Source: Candidatus Woesearchaeota archaeon (GTDB taxonomy: Archaea; Nanobdellota; Nanobdellia; SCGC-AAA011-G17; JACPIM01). From it: DNA of 34,897 nucleotides. The notes beneath the pieces are model-generated. The model had not been told where the DNA came from, did not search any database, and saw nothing but the letters and a program-made list of their open reading frames with translations. Location: positions 1-34,897 of the forward strand of contig CAZELK010000009.1 in assembly GCA_964513145.1 (NCBI GenBank). The letters run 5' to 3'. This document shows positions 1 to 8,808 of the stretch, piece after piece (position 1 is the stretch's first letter; every line of letters starts with the position of its first letter). Position numbers and translations under genes: made by a program.

Positions 1-2
1 AT

Positions 3-392
3 ACTAGCAATGCGACCTATACAATTATTTTAACAAACACTGGCACAGCAACAGATCCAAAAGAAGAGTTATTTAGGAAATATGAGTCTCTCAAAGATTT
101 GCCAAATTTCAATACTAATATCGATAATTTCAAAGACCTTATTGGGGAAGTAGGTGCATCATTGTTTAAGCATAAATTAGCAAGAGCACAATTAGAAGTA
201 GAGCCGCTTAGATTTATTAAGCACTTGGAAAATTTATACAAGGAATTTATACCAAATTTAGCTTACGGGTTGGGACAAATTGTTAATAAATGTAATGTAG
301 TTGAACCAAGAGATGAATATAAAACCTTCATAAAATCTGGTTCAGAATTGATAAATGAAAGATACCATCCTAAGAAAGACGAAGACGATTAA
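3..392 (+). CDS. Hypothetical protein, 5'-truncated by the window edge
   Basis: The frame is open from position 3 (TSNATYTIILTNTG...DLPNFNTNIDNF...KKDEDD*). The track's TTG start at 99 is probably internal. No motif recognised. Confidence 0.6.
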   Translation, partial: TSNATYTIILTNTGTATDPKEELFRKYESLKDLPNFNTNIDNFKDLIGEVGASLFKHKLARAQLEVEPLRFIKHLENLYKEFIPNLAYGLGQIVNKCNVVEPRDEYKTFIKSGSELINERYHPKKDEDD

Positions 393-443
393 CATTTTTT
401 ATTTTTTATAAAATTTTATATATTGCTATTATTTTTATTATGT

Positions 444-770
444 ATGCTTTTGGATATACTTGAGAAAGAAATAAAAGAAGCAATTGAAGCATACAAAAAG
501 ATTTGTGAGGACCCGGTAAATATAGCTGCTATAGATAAGAAATACATAGGTGAAGTAAAAAAGTCAGAATTTATATCAAAATTTATAAGAGCCAATACAA
601 AAAATAGGCAAAAAAAAGCACAATTAGAACAGGAAAATTACGAGAAAATAAAAGAGCAATTTGCTTTTTACATAGGTTACATATTATTCGAAAAATTAAA
701 TTTAAGTATTGATATTCCAGAACAGGCAAAAACTCTTGTTGGGAAACTTATTATTGATCATTACAATTAG
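444..770 (+). CDS. Hypothetical protein (~108 aa)
   Basis: ATG at 444 is in frame with track ORF 423-770. Lys/Glu-rich helical composition; no motif recognised. Confidence 0.55.
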   Translation: MLLDILEKEIKEAIEAYKKICEDPVNIAAIDKKYIGEVKKSEFISKFIRANTKNRQKKAQLEQENYEKIKEQFAFYIGYILFEKLNLSIDIPEQAKTLVGKLIIDHYN

Positions 771-1570
771 CCTTCAATATATTTCTGCATTCCTTTTACA
801 AAAGTATTGGTTAACTCATAATATCTATCATAGTCTTTTCCAGAAATAAATTTAATGTCTCTATGAACAATTTTTTTAAATAAAATATAAAGTTCTCTCA
901 TTACATCAGCATATTTTTTGTTTATATGTCCTTCTTTTACAAGTCTTCTTTCTAATAAATCAGCAACATGTTCAGGACTAGGTGGAATTTCACCAGCTTT
1001 CATCAAAGCAGCATGTGCAGCATCAATTGCAGCCCAGTATAAGTCTACAGCAGCAGTTAACAAATGTTGCTGAGATCTGTTTATAGAAGCAGGAGCCATT
1101 GTAAAATAAGTAAAAATTGATTCTTCGCTAGGTCTTATCCTTCCTTGCTCTAATAAAATTTGCAAAGGATCAAAAAAACCAGTATCAATCAAAGCAACCC
1201 CTGATCTTAATATATTAATTGCAACAGGGTCACCAGCTCGCACATATTCCCAGAAAGCAGTAAACTTCATTGATTGAATATGTAATCTCTGTGGATCAAC
1301 ATTGGAAACAACTTTTTCAGTTATAATCCTGTAAGTTTCAACTAATTCCTTGGAAAACTTTATTTTTACATCATCTAAAATAATCAAAATATCAATGTCT
1401 TTTTTCGGAGACATAGGAGATTTAACAGTTGACCCAAATAAAATTAATCCGCGTATAAAAGTCCCAAACTCATCATAAAGTAATCTGGCAAATTTTCTCG
1501 CAATATCTATATCTTTAGAATAATATTTATCAACATTTTTTTGTTGCTTTCTTTCTACCTGAAATTTCAT
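767..1570 (-). CDS. Fused minimal nucleotidyltransferase (MNT) + HEPN-domain protein
   Basis: N-terminal LILFGS...KDIDILIILDD (GS and DxD of Pol-beta-type NTases). C-terminal helical HEPN-like region (LYWAAIDAAHAALMKAG...PEHVADLL...FKKIVH). GAGGT RBS upstream. Confidence 0.85.
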   Translation of the reverse strand: MKFQVERKQQKNVDKYYSKDIDIARKFARLLYDEFGTFIRGLILFGSTVKSPMSPKKDIDILIILDDVKIKFSKELVETYRIITEKVVSNVDPQRLHIQSMKFTAFWEYVRAGDPVAINILRSGVALIDTGFFDPLQILLEQGRIRPSEESIFTYFTMAPASINRSQQHLLTAAVDLYWAAIDAAHAALMKAGEIPPSPEHVADLLERRLVKEGHINKKYADVMRELYILFKKIVHRDIKFISGKDYDRYYELTNTFVKGMQKYIEG

Positions 1571-1613
1571 ATCAACCTCTTTTATTTAAATTAAAAATTA
1601 TCTAATATAAAAA

Positions 1614-3419
1614 TCATTCTAATTGTGTTTCGCTCCATAAAGTCCAGTCTTTTGAAGGTGCTAAATCACCTACAAGATAATTTGGCACTCCAGTCCTTCC
1701 AAAATAACTTCCCTTTATATCAGTCCATGTATTAGGTATTCCATCAATTCTATATATTGGTGAATTTAAAACACTGTACGCCCCTGTTTGAGCTTGCCAG
1801 CCTTCTCCCCCCCTTTGGTTTCCTGCCTCAATTACCATCTTTCCTTTAAACCCTTCTTCTGTTATTTTATCAACAAATTCTTTGATAGGCGCATTTCCTT
1901 GACCAGGAGTTATATGAATATCCTCATAACCAAAATTATCATTTATATGTACATGCCCAATTAATCCATTTTTATTTAATTCACTGACTTCATTAAGAAT
2001 ATACTTATTAAAATCTTTTTCACTTCCTTTAAAATATTGTCTCCATGTATTTACATGCCCGATATCAAAAGTTGCCTTGATTCTGTCTTCTGCAATTTGT
2101 TCAGCTTCTTTTTCATTTTTAGCCAGCCCTTTTTGTAATAATTGTGTCTGCATTTCCTTTCTGGATTTTTCTATAATATTTTTTAATTCTCTTGGGTGGC
2201 TTCCATATGTTTGTGCAAAAACATTTTCAGGTGAAATAACCAAAGGTCTTTCTAATTTCATTGCTTTTTCTTTTTGATATGCATATATAGCAGCTCGAGC
2301 AACAGTATCCGCAGTCTCTTTCAAGGCAAATTCTTCCATTGGCTTAATATGTTTTTTTTCCTCTTCTATTTGCAAAACACCCCTTTGTCTTGAATCCGCA
2401 ACTTCATATGCTGCTTTGTATTCATTTTCAAATCTCTTTTCAATCTCATGTAAATATTTGATTGGATTTTCAAGAAAATTTTCATATTCTGGCGAACCTT
2501 GTCTAGGAATCATTCTTTCCCTGGTTCCCTCTTCTAACCTTTCAATCCATGTTGCAGCCATAAGTTTTGCCTTTTGAATGTCATTTTCAGCCCGTTTTTC
2601 AATATCCTTAGTAACACGGTTTATAAATTTATATTCATCTTCTAATTTTTTTGCCTTGATCCTGACTTCCTGTGCCTGACCTTTCTCAAATTCAAACTCC
2701 TTTTCTTTAATAAAATTAAAAATATAATTTACAGGTTCTTTTCCCTTCTCTTTAGCTTCCCTTTCTAAGTCATATATCTTTTTATTTTCCCATGATTGAA
2801 CAGTACCGTCTGGATTTCTTAAAACATTTCCTTTATCATCTTTAGCTGGAGAAGGAATTTCTGCACTTCTGCTGTATCCCTGAATTTGTCCTGTCCTGTC
2901 ATCAACAAAATATAAAGGTGCCTTCTCTTTCTCTCCTGGAAAATGTTCAAATTCTTTTCCACCTTCAAATATAGGTCTTTGAAATTCTTGTGTATGCACA
3001 GTTATAGATCCACCTCTTGCAACATCAGCAGCAAATTCAATTGTTCTTTTCAACTCTTTCAGGCTTTCTTCTTTTACTTCTGGTGAAAAACCCCTCTGGC
3101 TAAACCCGGACAAAGGTGGTGCATTTGCTGGATTATGAACAGATAATTCGATTTCATTTACTTTGGCTAATTGTCTTAATTCTTCCCTTTCTTCTTTTCC
3201 ATAATGTTCAGGCACACCTTGCCCCTGTGCCCTTGAACCAGAACCAGTTGCAATAAAACTTAATTCAACATTTTTCGTGCCTGCAAATATTTTCGCTTTT
3301 AATTCATCAAGCTGTTCTTTAAATGGGTGTGTACTGACACTAATATAATCAGTGCTCAGACCTGTATTTTTGGCAAATTGCCTGTCCATTGAATGCCAGT
3401 AATCAGTGTCCATGTTCAT
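1614..3419 (-). CDS. Xylose-isomerase/AP-endonuclease-2-like TIM-barrel protein with a large helical insertion
   Basis: Metal-ligand motifs SVH, TVH, PEN, FDIGH, HVHIND, DIH and VIE are present. About 250 charged helical residues lie between TVH and PEN. Confidence 0.8.
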   Translation of the reverse strand: MNMDTDYWHSMDRQFAKNTGLSTDYISVSTHPFKEQLDELKAKIFAGTKNVELSFIATGSGSRAQGQGVPEHYGKEEREELRQLAKVNEIELSVHNPANAPPLSGFSQRGFSPEVKEESLKELKRTIEFAADVARGGSITVHTQEFQRPIFEGGKEFEHFPGEKEKAPLYFVDDRTGQIQGYSRSAEIPSPAKDDKGNVLRNPDGTVQSWENKKIYDLEREAKEKGKEPVNYIFNFIKEKEFEFEKGQAQEVRIKAKKLEDEYKFINRVTKDIEKRAENDIQKAKLMAATWIERLEEGTRERMIPRQGSPEYENFLENPIKYLHEIEKRFENEYKAAYEVADSRQRGVLQIEEEKKHIKPMEEFALKETADTVARAAIYAYQKEKAMKLERPLVISPENVFAQTYGSHPRELKNIIEKSRKEMQTQLLQKGLAKNEKEAEQIAEDRIKATFDIGHVNTWRQYFKGSEKDFNKYILNEVSELNKNGLIGHVHINDNFGYEDIHITPGQGNAPIKEFVDKITEEGFKGKMVIEAGNQRGGEGWQAQTGAYSVLNSPIYRIDGIPNTWTDIKGSYFGRTGVPNYLVGDLAPSKDWTLWSETQLE

Positions 3420-3903
3420 GTCCTTCTTTTTTGTCTTTTTTATAAAGATCTGTTATTTTTTTAAAACCAAAACTATTACTTAAATTTTCTTCACCAATTC
3501 CAATAGTAACTTTATCTGAATTTAAACCAGAACTTGTCTTCTGGTTAAAATCTTCATGTTTATGGGAGTTATAATTGCTGTACATTTTATAAGTTTCATC
3601 TTTATGAATTCCGTAAACATCACCAAAAACATTTTTTTGCTGCTCTTTAACATCTTCTTTATCAGCAAGTTTCTGAACTAAACTGTCTAAATTCTTTTCT
3701 TTGTCTTCTTTTTTAGGCACATCTCCTGATTTTTCTAAAGTTTCTTCTTCAAGTTCTGCTTTTTTAATTTCTTCATTAATCAACTTTAAAAAATCTTTAT
3801 TCTCTTCTCTAGTTAAAAGGTCTTTGAGAATTTTTTGCCTTTCAGTCGGGTGTAATTTCTCTAGTTCCTTTAAATTCAATTTGGGTTTTTCCTGCAATTT
3901 CAT
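3403..3903 (-). CDS. Charged coiled-coil hypothetical protein
   Basis: 166-aa Lys/Glu-rich ORF whose end overlaps the start of the TIM-barrel gene (operon-like). Confidence 0.7.
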   Translation of the reverse strand: MKLQEKPKLNLKELEKLHPTERQKILKDLLTREENKDFLKLINEEIKKAELEEETLEKSGDVPKKEDKEKNLDSLVQKLADKEDVKEQQKNVFGDVYGIHKDETYKMYSNYNSHKHEDFNQKTSSGLNSDKVTIGIGEENLSNSFGFKKITDLYKKDKKEGHEHGH

Positions 3904-3977
3904 ATCAATTAAATCATTTAGAAGTTTATTAATTCTTTTATGAAAAGGGTTATAAACATTAGAGAAAGATAATATTT

Positions 3978-4280
3978 ATGGGTTTTTTAGATTTTTTTGA
4001 TAAAATGAGTAAGTTGTTTGAAGACAATGTTCTTGGTCATAAAAAATTTAATGAAGATGATAGATATATTAAAGCAATTTATGCTGCTTTGCAGAATGCT
4101 GAAAAAGATTTAAGGGTTTATAGCGAAGCCTCGTATAAAACTGAGATTATGTCAAAAGATCCGGAAAAAGAATACTTGCCAAAATTAGCTAAAGGATATA
4201 AAGAAGAAAAACTAAATAATAAAATAGCTGTATTAAAAAAACTTAAAAAAGATATAAATAATATTTTAAGAGAATTCTAA
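3978..4280 (+). CDS. Hypothetical protein (100 aa), intact paralog of 18910-19214
   Basis: Aligns end to end with 18910-19214 (KKFNE.DRYIKAIYAAL..AEKDLR ... VLKKLKKDINNILREF*). Starts with amphipathic MGFLDFFDKM. Confidence 0.75.
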   Translation: MGFLDFFDKMSKLFEDNVLGHKKFNEDDRYIKAIYAALQNAEKDLRVYSEASYKTEIMSKDPEKEYLPKLAKGYKEEKLNNKIAVLKKLKKDINNILREF

Positions 4281-4458
4281 AGACTAATTCCTAAAGAGGT
4301 TTTTGAAAAGATTAGTTATTCTCAATTTAATTTTCGTAAAAAAGATTTTGGTCTGCGTCGTATAAAGATTCTGTTTGAATAACAGTGATTTTGAAAATAC
4401 TAAAAAATTGATTAGATCTGTTGAGACATTTATTGAAAAAGAACTATGTTTAAATTGA
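4281..4458 (+). pseudogene. Possible decayed HEPN-like C-terminal fragment
   Basis: Frameshifted pieces RLIPKEVFEKISYSQFNFRKKDF and NNSDFENTKKLIRSVETFIEKEL* resemble the end of HEPN domains. No start codon; resemblance by eye only. Confidence 0.3.
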
Positions 4459-4518
4459 AAGTGTATTTAATATAATCAATAAAAGAATAAAAATATATTT
4501 TTTCATATTAAGAATCTT

Positions 4519-6999
4519 TTATGCCAAAGTTGCAGTTACTTCTTTAGTACAAAAAGCTTGTAGACCACCGCCATTACATAAAATATAATTCTGACCATTT
4601 GCAACACGAGAACTAGTGAAACGTACTTTTAAATGATCTCCATTTTCACCGCTAAAAGATTCGATAAAATCTCTTACGCCTTCATTTCCCACATCATTTC
4701 TCACTTTTATCAAAGTAAACCTAAGAGGAGTATTAATATAGTCATTTTGTGAATACTCAATTTCTATAACATAATTATTATTTACAAGAAGTTTTACGCT
4801 ATGGAGTTCTAGCAAAGGTCTTGGTATATTATTTGTTGGTCTACAATAACCAGAATATTTTGTACAACCAATATTGCACTCTTCAAAGCCCCCGCCGCCT
4901 GTAGAAGTAGTACACTCTCGGGGAGCTTTAAAATCACAAACCTCATCAGAATCTATAATACCATTACCGCACCTCGGAACAGCTTCGCATGATAAGCCAT
5001 TCATTCCCCAATCAGTTCCTAAGTCATTACCCCAATAGGAACGGTCAACATCCACACATGACAATCTACCCAAGTTTCCTGTACTCGGAAGGATCATTCC
5101 ATAGTCTAGAACATTATAAGAATTGGAGTCAGAGATATAAACAGCTACGCAATGTCCCGGATCGTAATTTATATTATAACAAGTCATAAATACTCTATTT
5201 GCCGGAACACCCAAAGTACGTAAAAGCGAAACTTGTAATGCTGACCAGTCAACACAATTTCCTGAAGCTCCTTGGACTAAAGCATAGTCTGGTGTGGGAT
5301 CATGTCCACTTTCAGGATCGCAAGAAGTAGAGGCATAGCGCACCCCATCCTGCTGAAAATAAAGATTTTTCACATTAAAAGCTATTATTTTTACAGCCTC
5401 ATCATAAATACCATTTTTAACTTGTTCAAACATATAATGATCACGAAGAACCCACTGATTAATTTTTTCTTTAATAAGGGGGTGTCCAATATTTAAATTA
5501 TCATATTTAAGACCTATACTCCATTCTTCTTCAGTATAAGAAAATAGACCTGACCAATGTTCAATTTGTTCATAATAAGCACCGCAAGGTACATTTAAAT
5601 TTCCTCGTGAAGTGCCATAAGGACAAGCACCACAATCAACAGCGCAATTTACACAAGTTTCATCTAACCCGCAAGCGCCATTGCCACACGTTCCACTTGT
5701 AGGTGCTGATGGTGCAGGTGCATTTAAAACTGAAATTGGAGTTCCCACTGGTGGAGTTCCTGCTGGTTTTGAACCGCCAGTAGCAGATAGTCCCCCAGAA
5801 GAACTACCAGACGACCCAAAAGGTACTTCTGATGTTCCTGGGACTCTTTTGCCTTGTGCTGGGGGCAAAGCCACAGTTCTGCCAGTTAAAGCCACAAAAC
5901 TTCCTGGCGCAGCAGTTCTGCAGTCAGCATCAGTATTTGCATTGCAGTCAGCATCACATCTTTTATCTTGCAAACCATCACAATATCCATCAGAAGAACC
6001 TGAAGTACAGTCTTGGAAACATGTATTATAATTCTCGCCAGAATCGCATACATAATCATAGTCACATTGTGATGCAACAAGACTAGAGACTAATTTTGAA
6101 AACAAAACTTTGGGGTTATTTGATTGAATTTTATTTCCTTCATTAGAAACAATGTCTGCTATCCCAGTTGAAAGTTCTTTGTTCCATAATTGTGGTGGGA
6201 TATAAGAAAATTTAAGTTGATAAGTTCTTTCAACAGAACTCTTAGGTAATACTGTAATTGAAAATATCTTTCCATTAAACAAATCATTTGATGATTGTAT
6301 AGATAATTCATCAGGTAAAACTTCTATAAAATCCGGAACAGAATCTGTTAATGTCCCAGTTAATTCAGTATCACGATTATTATCAATTTTAAGAGTTACA
6401 GTTATAATTTCATTTTCATTTACAGTAATCTTAGATAAAGATTTTGTGATTTTGATATCAGAAGCAAATTTTGAGGGTTCAGTTATTTTATTATTAATTG
6501 TTGGTATTTTTGAAGTGCTTTTTTTAGTACTTGCTTCAATTTTATATTTTCCATTCTCAGATAATTTTTCCATAAAACTACATTCAACACTATTGCATTC
6601 TTTTTCCTTAACAATAGAAACAACTTTATTGAATTTATTTAATTTTAATAATTTTAAATTTGTTATAATTAATTTATTTGGATTGGAAATTAAGTCTGCT
6701 TCTATTGTTCTTGTTTCACCTTGTTTTAAATTTTTGTTAAAACTGCAGTCTAATACTGAACTTGTTTTAGTTTTGCATGTTTTGCTATCATCTCTTTTTT
6801 CTGAGTTTGGTTCTGAAATACTAAGCCTTAATTTAGTTTCTTTTTGGTTTTGTAAAGTAAATTTAGTTTCTTTTTGTCGAGTATTATCGTCAGTTTTAGC
6901 TTCACCAGTAATATTATTAATGTCGAAAAAATAAAAAGAGCTCATTGATATTAATAAAATTAAAATAGAACCTAAAACAATTTTAGTATCTCTTTCCAA
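4519..6999 (-). CDS. Large exported multidomain protein with a transglutaminase-like Cys-His-Asp domain and Cys-rich repeats
   Basis: TTG start with GAGGTG RBS; N-terminal TM/signal segment; DUF11-like Ig domain (ITVTLKIDN...LTDSVP); Cys-rich CGNG-type repeats; GNCVDWSALQVSLLRTLGVPA...GHCVAV...VLDYG core. Confidence 0.75.
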   Translation of the reverse strand: MERDTKIVLGSILILLISMSSFYFFDINNITGEAKTDDNTRQKETKFTLQNQKETKLRLSISEPNSEKRDDSKTCKTKTSSVLDCSFNKNLKQGETRTIEADLISNPNKLIITNLKLLKLNKFNKVVSIVKEKECNSVECSFMEKLSENGKYKIEASTKKSTSKIPTINNKITEPSKFASDIKITKSLSKITVNENEIITVTLKIDNNRDTELTGTLTDSVPDFIEVLPDELSIQSSNDLFNGKIFSITVLPKSSVERTYQLKFSYIPPQLWNKELSTGIADIVSNEGNKIQSNNPKVLFSKLVSSLVASQCDYDYVCDSGENYNTCFQDCTSGSSDGYCDGLQDKRCDADCNANTDADCRTAAPGSFVALTGRTVALPPAQGKRVPGTSEVPFGSSGSSSGGLSATGGSKPAGTPPVGTPISVLNAPAPSAPTSGTCGNGACGLDETCVNCAVDCGACPYGTSRGNLNVPCGAYYEQIEHWSGLFSYTEEEWSIGLKYDNLNIGHPLIKEKINQWVLRDHYMFEQVKNGIYDEAVKIIAFNVKNLYFQQDGVRYASTSCDPESGHDPTPDYALVQGASGNCVDWSALQVSLLRTLGVPANRVFMTCYNINYDPGHCVAVYISDSNSYNVLDYGMILPSTGNLGRLSCVDVDRSYWGNDLGTDWGMNGLSCEAVPRCGNGIIDSDEVCDFKAPRECTTSTGGGGFEECNIGCTKYSGYCRPTNNIPRPLLELHSVKLLVNNNYVIEIEYSQNDYINTPLRFTLIKVRNDVGNEGVRDFIESFSGENGDHLKVRFTSSRVANGQNYILCNGGGLQAFCTKEVTATLA

Positions 7000-7112
7000 A
7001 ATAATAACACCTCTTCAATAAAGTCTCAAATTTAGTATATAAAGAATAGTTATAACTTAAAAATAACAACTATAGATAATTCTGTTAATTCCTGACTTCG
7101 CCACTTAGATAG

Positions 7113-7225
7113 TTTTCCGTTAACGCTTTTTCACAAAAAAGGGTTCTTTGGTTAAGCTTTTTCATTTTTCCGTGAACGCTTTTCGTAAAAGGGTTCTTTT
7201 AATGAAACTTTTTTCTAAAAAGCTT
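7113..7225. repeat. Head-to-tail cluster of ~4 palindromic mini-repeat units
   Basis: Units of form TTTT(G/C)NT(T/G/A)AA(G/A)CTTTT-N1-4-AAAAG(C/G/T)TT. 7113-7163 matches 33023-33073 at 50/51 nt. Confidence 0.85.
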
Positions 7226-7370
7226 CTTGACATCTTTTTATCCATTATTAGTCAAAGATAGTTTAGAGATTATATAAATATTATTAACTAAATTTTACAA
7301 CTATCTGTCAAGTTAAACATATATTTTTTGAGTTATTATTCATTTTTTCAGTATTTTTAGTAATGATTAT

Positions 7371-7421
7371 TGTTTTATTATAAAACAGAAAGATTTAAAT
7401 ATTGTTTTATATTAAAACAAT
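7371..7421 (+). promoter_or_regulatory. Two TGTTTTA-N3-TAAAACA palindromes flanking a TTTAAATA TATA box
   Basis: Perfect 7-3-7 inverted repeats at 7371-7387 and 7403-7419, TATA at ~7394-7401, ATG at 7423. Confidence 0.65.
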
Positions 7422-7422
7422 T

Positions 7423-8697
7423 ATGGATAACATTGAAAATGTATTTGAGGAATGGAATACTTACGCAGGAGACAGAGAACTCATAAGGAGAGATATAAAC
7501 CTTGAGATTATTAAATCCAATTCTGGGCTTAAAATAATATCAATTTCAGGTATAAGAAGATCTGGAAAAACTAGCATATTAATTATTTTACACAACTTAT
7601 TAAAAAAACAAAATGAAAAGGTTGCTTATATTAATCTTGAAGATAGCAGAATAAAAAATGATAAAGAAGTTCTTGATAAAATTATTAAATGGTTTGGTGA
7701 TAATGGATATCTTTTATTAGATGAAATTACAAGTGTTAATGATTGGGAAAGCTGGCTTTCAAGAAATCATGAAATGTTAAAAGGAAAACTAAAGATTATA
7801 GTCAGTTCATCAAGAAGCAACCTTGTCTTTCCAACAAAATCTTTGAGAGGAAGAATATTATCAAATGAACTATATCCATTATCTTTTAAAGAATTCTTGG
7901 ATTTCAAAAAATTTAAAATAGAAAAAACAACTGCTGGAATTGGAAAAATAGAAAGGCAATTAACTGAATATTTGGTCTATGGAGGGTTTCCTGAAACAGT
8001 TTTAATTGAAAATAATTTTGAAAAAATAAGGTTAATAGATTCATATTTCAAAGACATAATAAGCCTGGATGTTGCAGAAATTGCAAAAGAAAATCTTTCA
8101 ACAATAGAATTATTCGGAAAATATGTAATTGAATCAACTTATTTTTCAGCTTCAAAATGCTTAAACTTTTTTAAAAGTGCAGGATATAAAATAGCAAAAC
8201 AAACTTTGCTTAATACTGAAAAAAGCTCGCAAGAAGGATATCTTTTCTTTTTTATTTCTATTTATTCCAAAACAATAAAAGACAGGTCTCAGTATCCAAG
8301 AAAAGTATATTTAGGTGATACTGGATTCATGTATGCAATTTCTGGGAAAAAGGATTTAGGAAAATTGTATGAAAATGCAGTATTTTTAGAATTAAAAAGA
8401 AAACTAATTAATAATTCAGAAATAAATTATTGGAAAAATAAACAAGGCTCTGAAGTTGACTTTGTCATTAGAGAAGGGCTTAAGACTAATAAAATAATAC
8501 AAGTCTGCTATGATATCAACAATGAAAAAACTAAGCTAAGAGAAATTAAAGGAATTATTGCATGCTCAAAAGAACTTAAATCAAAAAAAGGATTAATTAT
8601 AACAAAAGATCTTGAAGAGGAAAAAATAGTTGAAAGTATAAAAATTAAGTTTATTCCTTTATGGAAATGGTTATTAGAAAACAAAGAGTTTGACTAG
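7423..8697 (+). CDS. AAA+ superfamily ATPase (COG1373; AAA_14 + DUF4143)
   Basis: Walker A GIRRSGKT, Walker B LLLDEI, YLVYGGFPE, KVYLGDTG, LYENAVF, YWKNKQGSEVDF (PD-(D/E)xK-like tail). ATG at 7423 preferred over TTG at 7402. Confidence 0.9.
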   Translation: MDNIENVFEEWNTYAGDRELIRRDINLEIIKSNSGLKIISISGIRRSGKTSILIILHNLLKKQNEKVAYINLEDSRIKNDKEVLDKIIKWFGDNGYLLLDEITSVNDWESWLSRNHEMLKGKLKIIVSSSRSNLVFPTKSLRGRILSNELYPLSFKEFLDFKKFKIEKTTAGIGKIERQLTEYLVYGGFPETVLIENNFEKIRLIDSYFKDIISLDVAEIAKENLSTIELFGKYVIESTYFSASKCLNFFKSAGYKIAKQTLLNTEKSSQEGYLFFFISIYSKTIKDRSQYPRKVYLGDTGFMYAISGKKDLGKLYENAVFLELKRKLINNSEINYWKNKQGSEVDFVIREGLKTNKIIQVCYDINNEKTKLREIKGIIACSKELKSKKGLIITKDLEEEKIVESIKIKFIPLWKWLLENKEFD

Positions 8698-8698
8698 G

Positions 8699-8808
8699 CT
8701 TTTTTTGGTTAAGCTTTTTCGTTTCTCCGTTAACGCTTTTCATAAAAGGTTCTTTGATTAAACTTTTCCTAAAATTTAGTTTTTGATTAAACTTTTTTTA
8801 AAAGTTTA
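8699..8808. repeat. Cluster of ~4 palindromic mini-repeat units filling a convergent intergenic gap
   Basis: ttttggttaagctttttc / ccgttaacgcttttcataaaaggtt / ctttgattaaacttttcctaaaattt / ttttgattaaactttttttaaaagttta; the cluster ends next to the TAG of 8809-10401. Confidence 0.85.

Noticed and set aside
7113-7225. Repeat clusters (also 8699-8808 and 33022-33115) as mini-CRISPR arrays
   Set aside because: Units abut head-to-tail with no unique 30-40-nt spacers, vary in length and sequence, and no cas genes are present.
7163-7250. 27-aa minus-strand ORF (MDKKMSRSFLEKSF…) through the repeat cluster
   Set aside because: It is almost entirely repeat-derived, with no RBS or other support.
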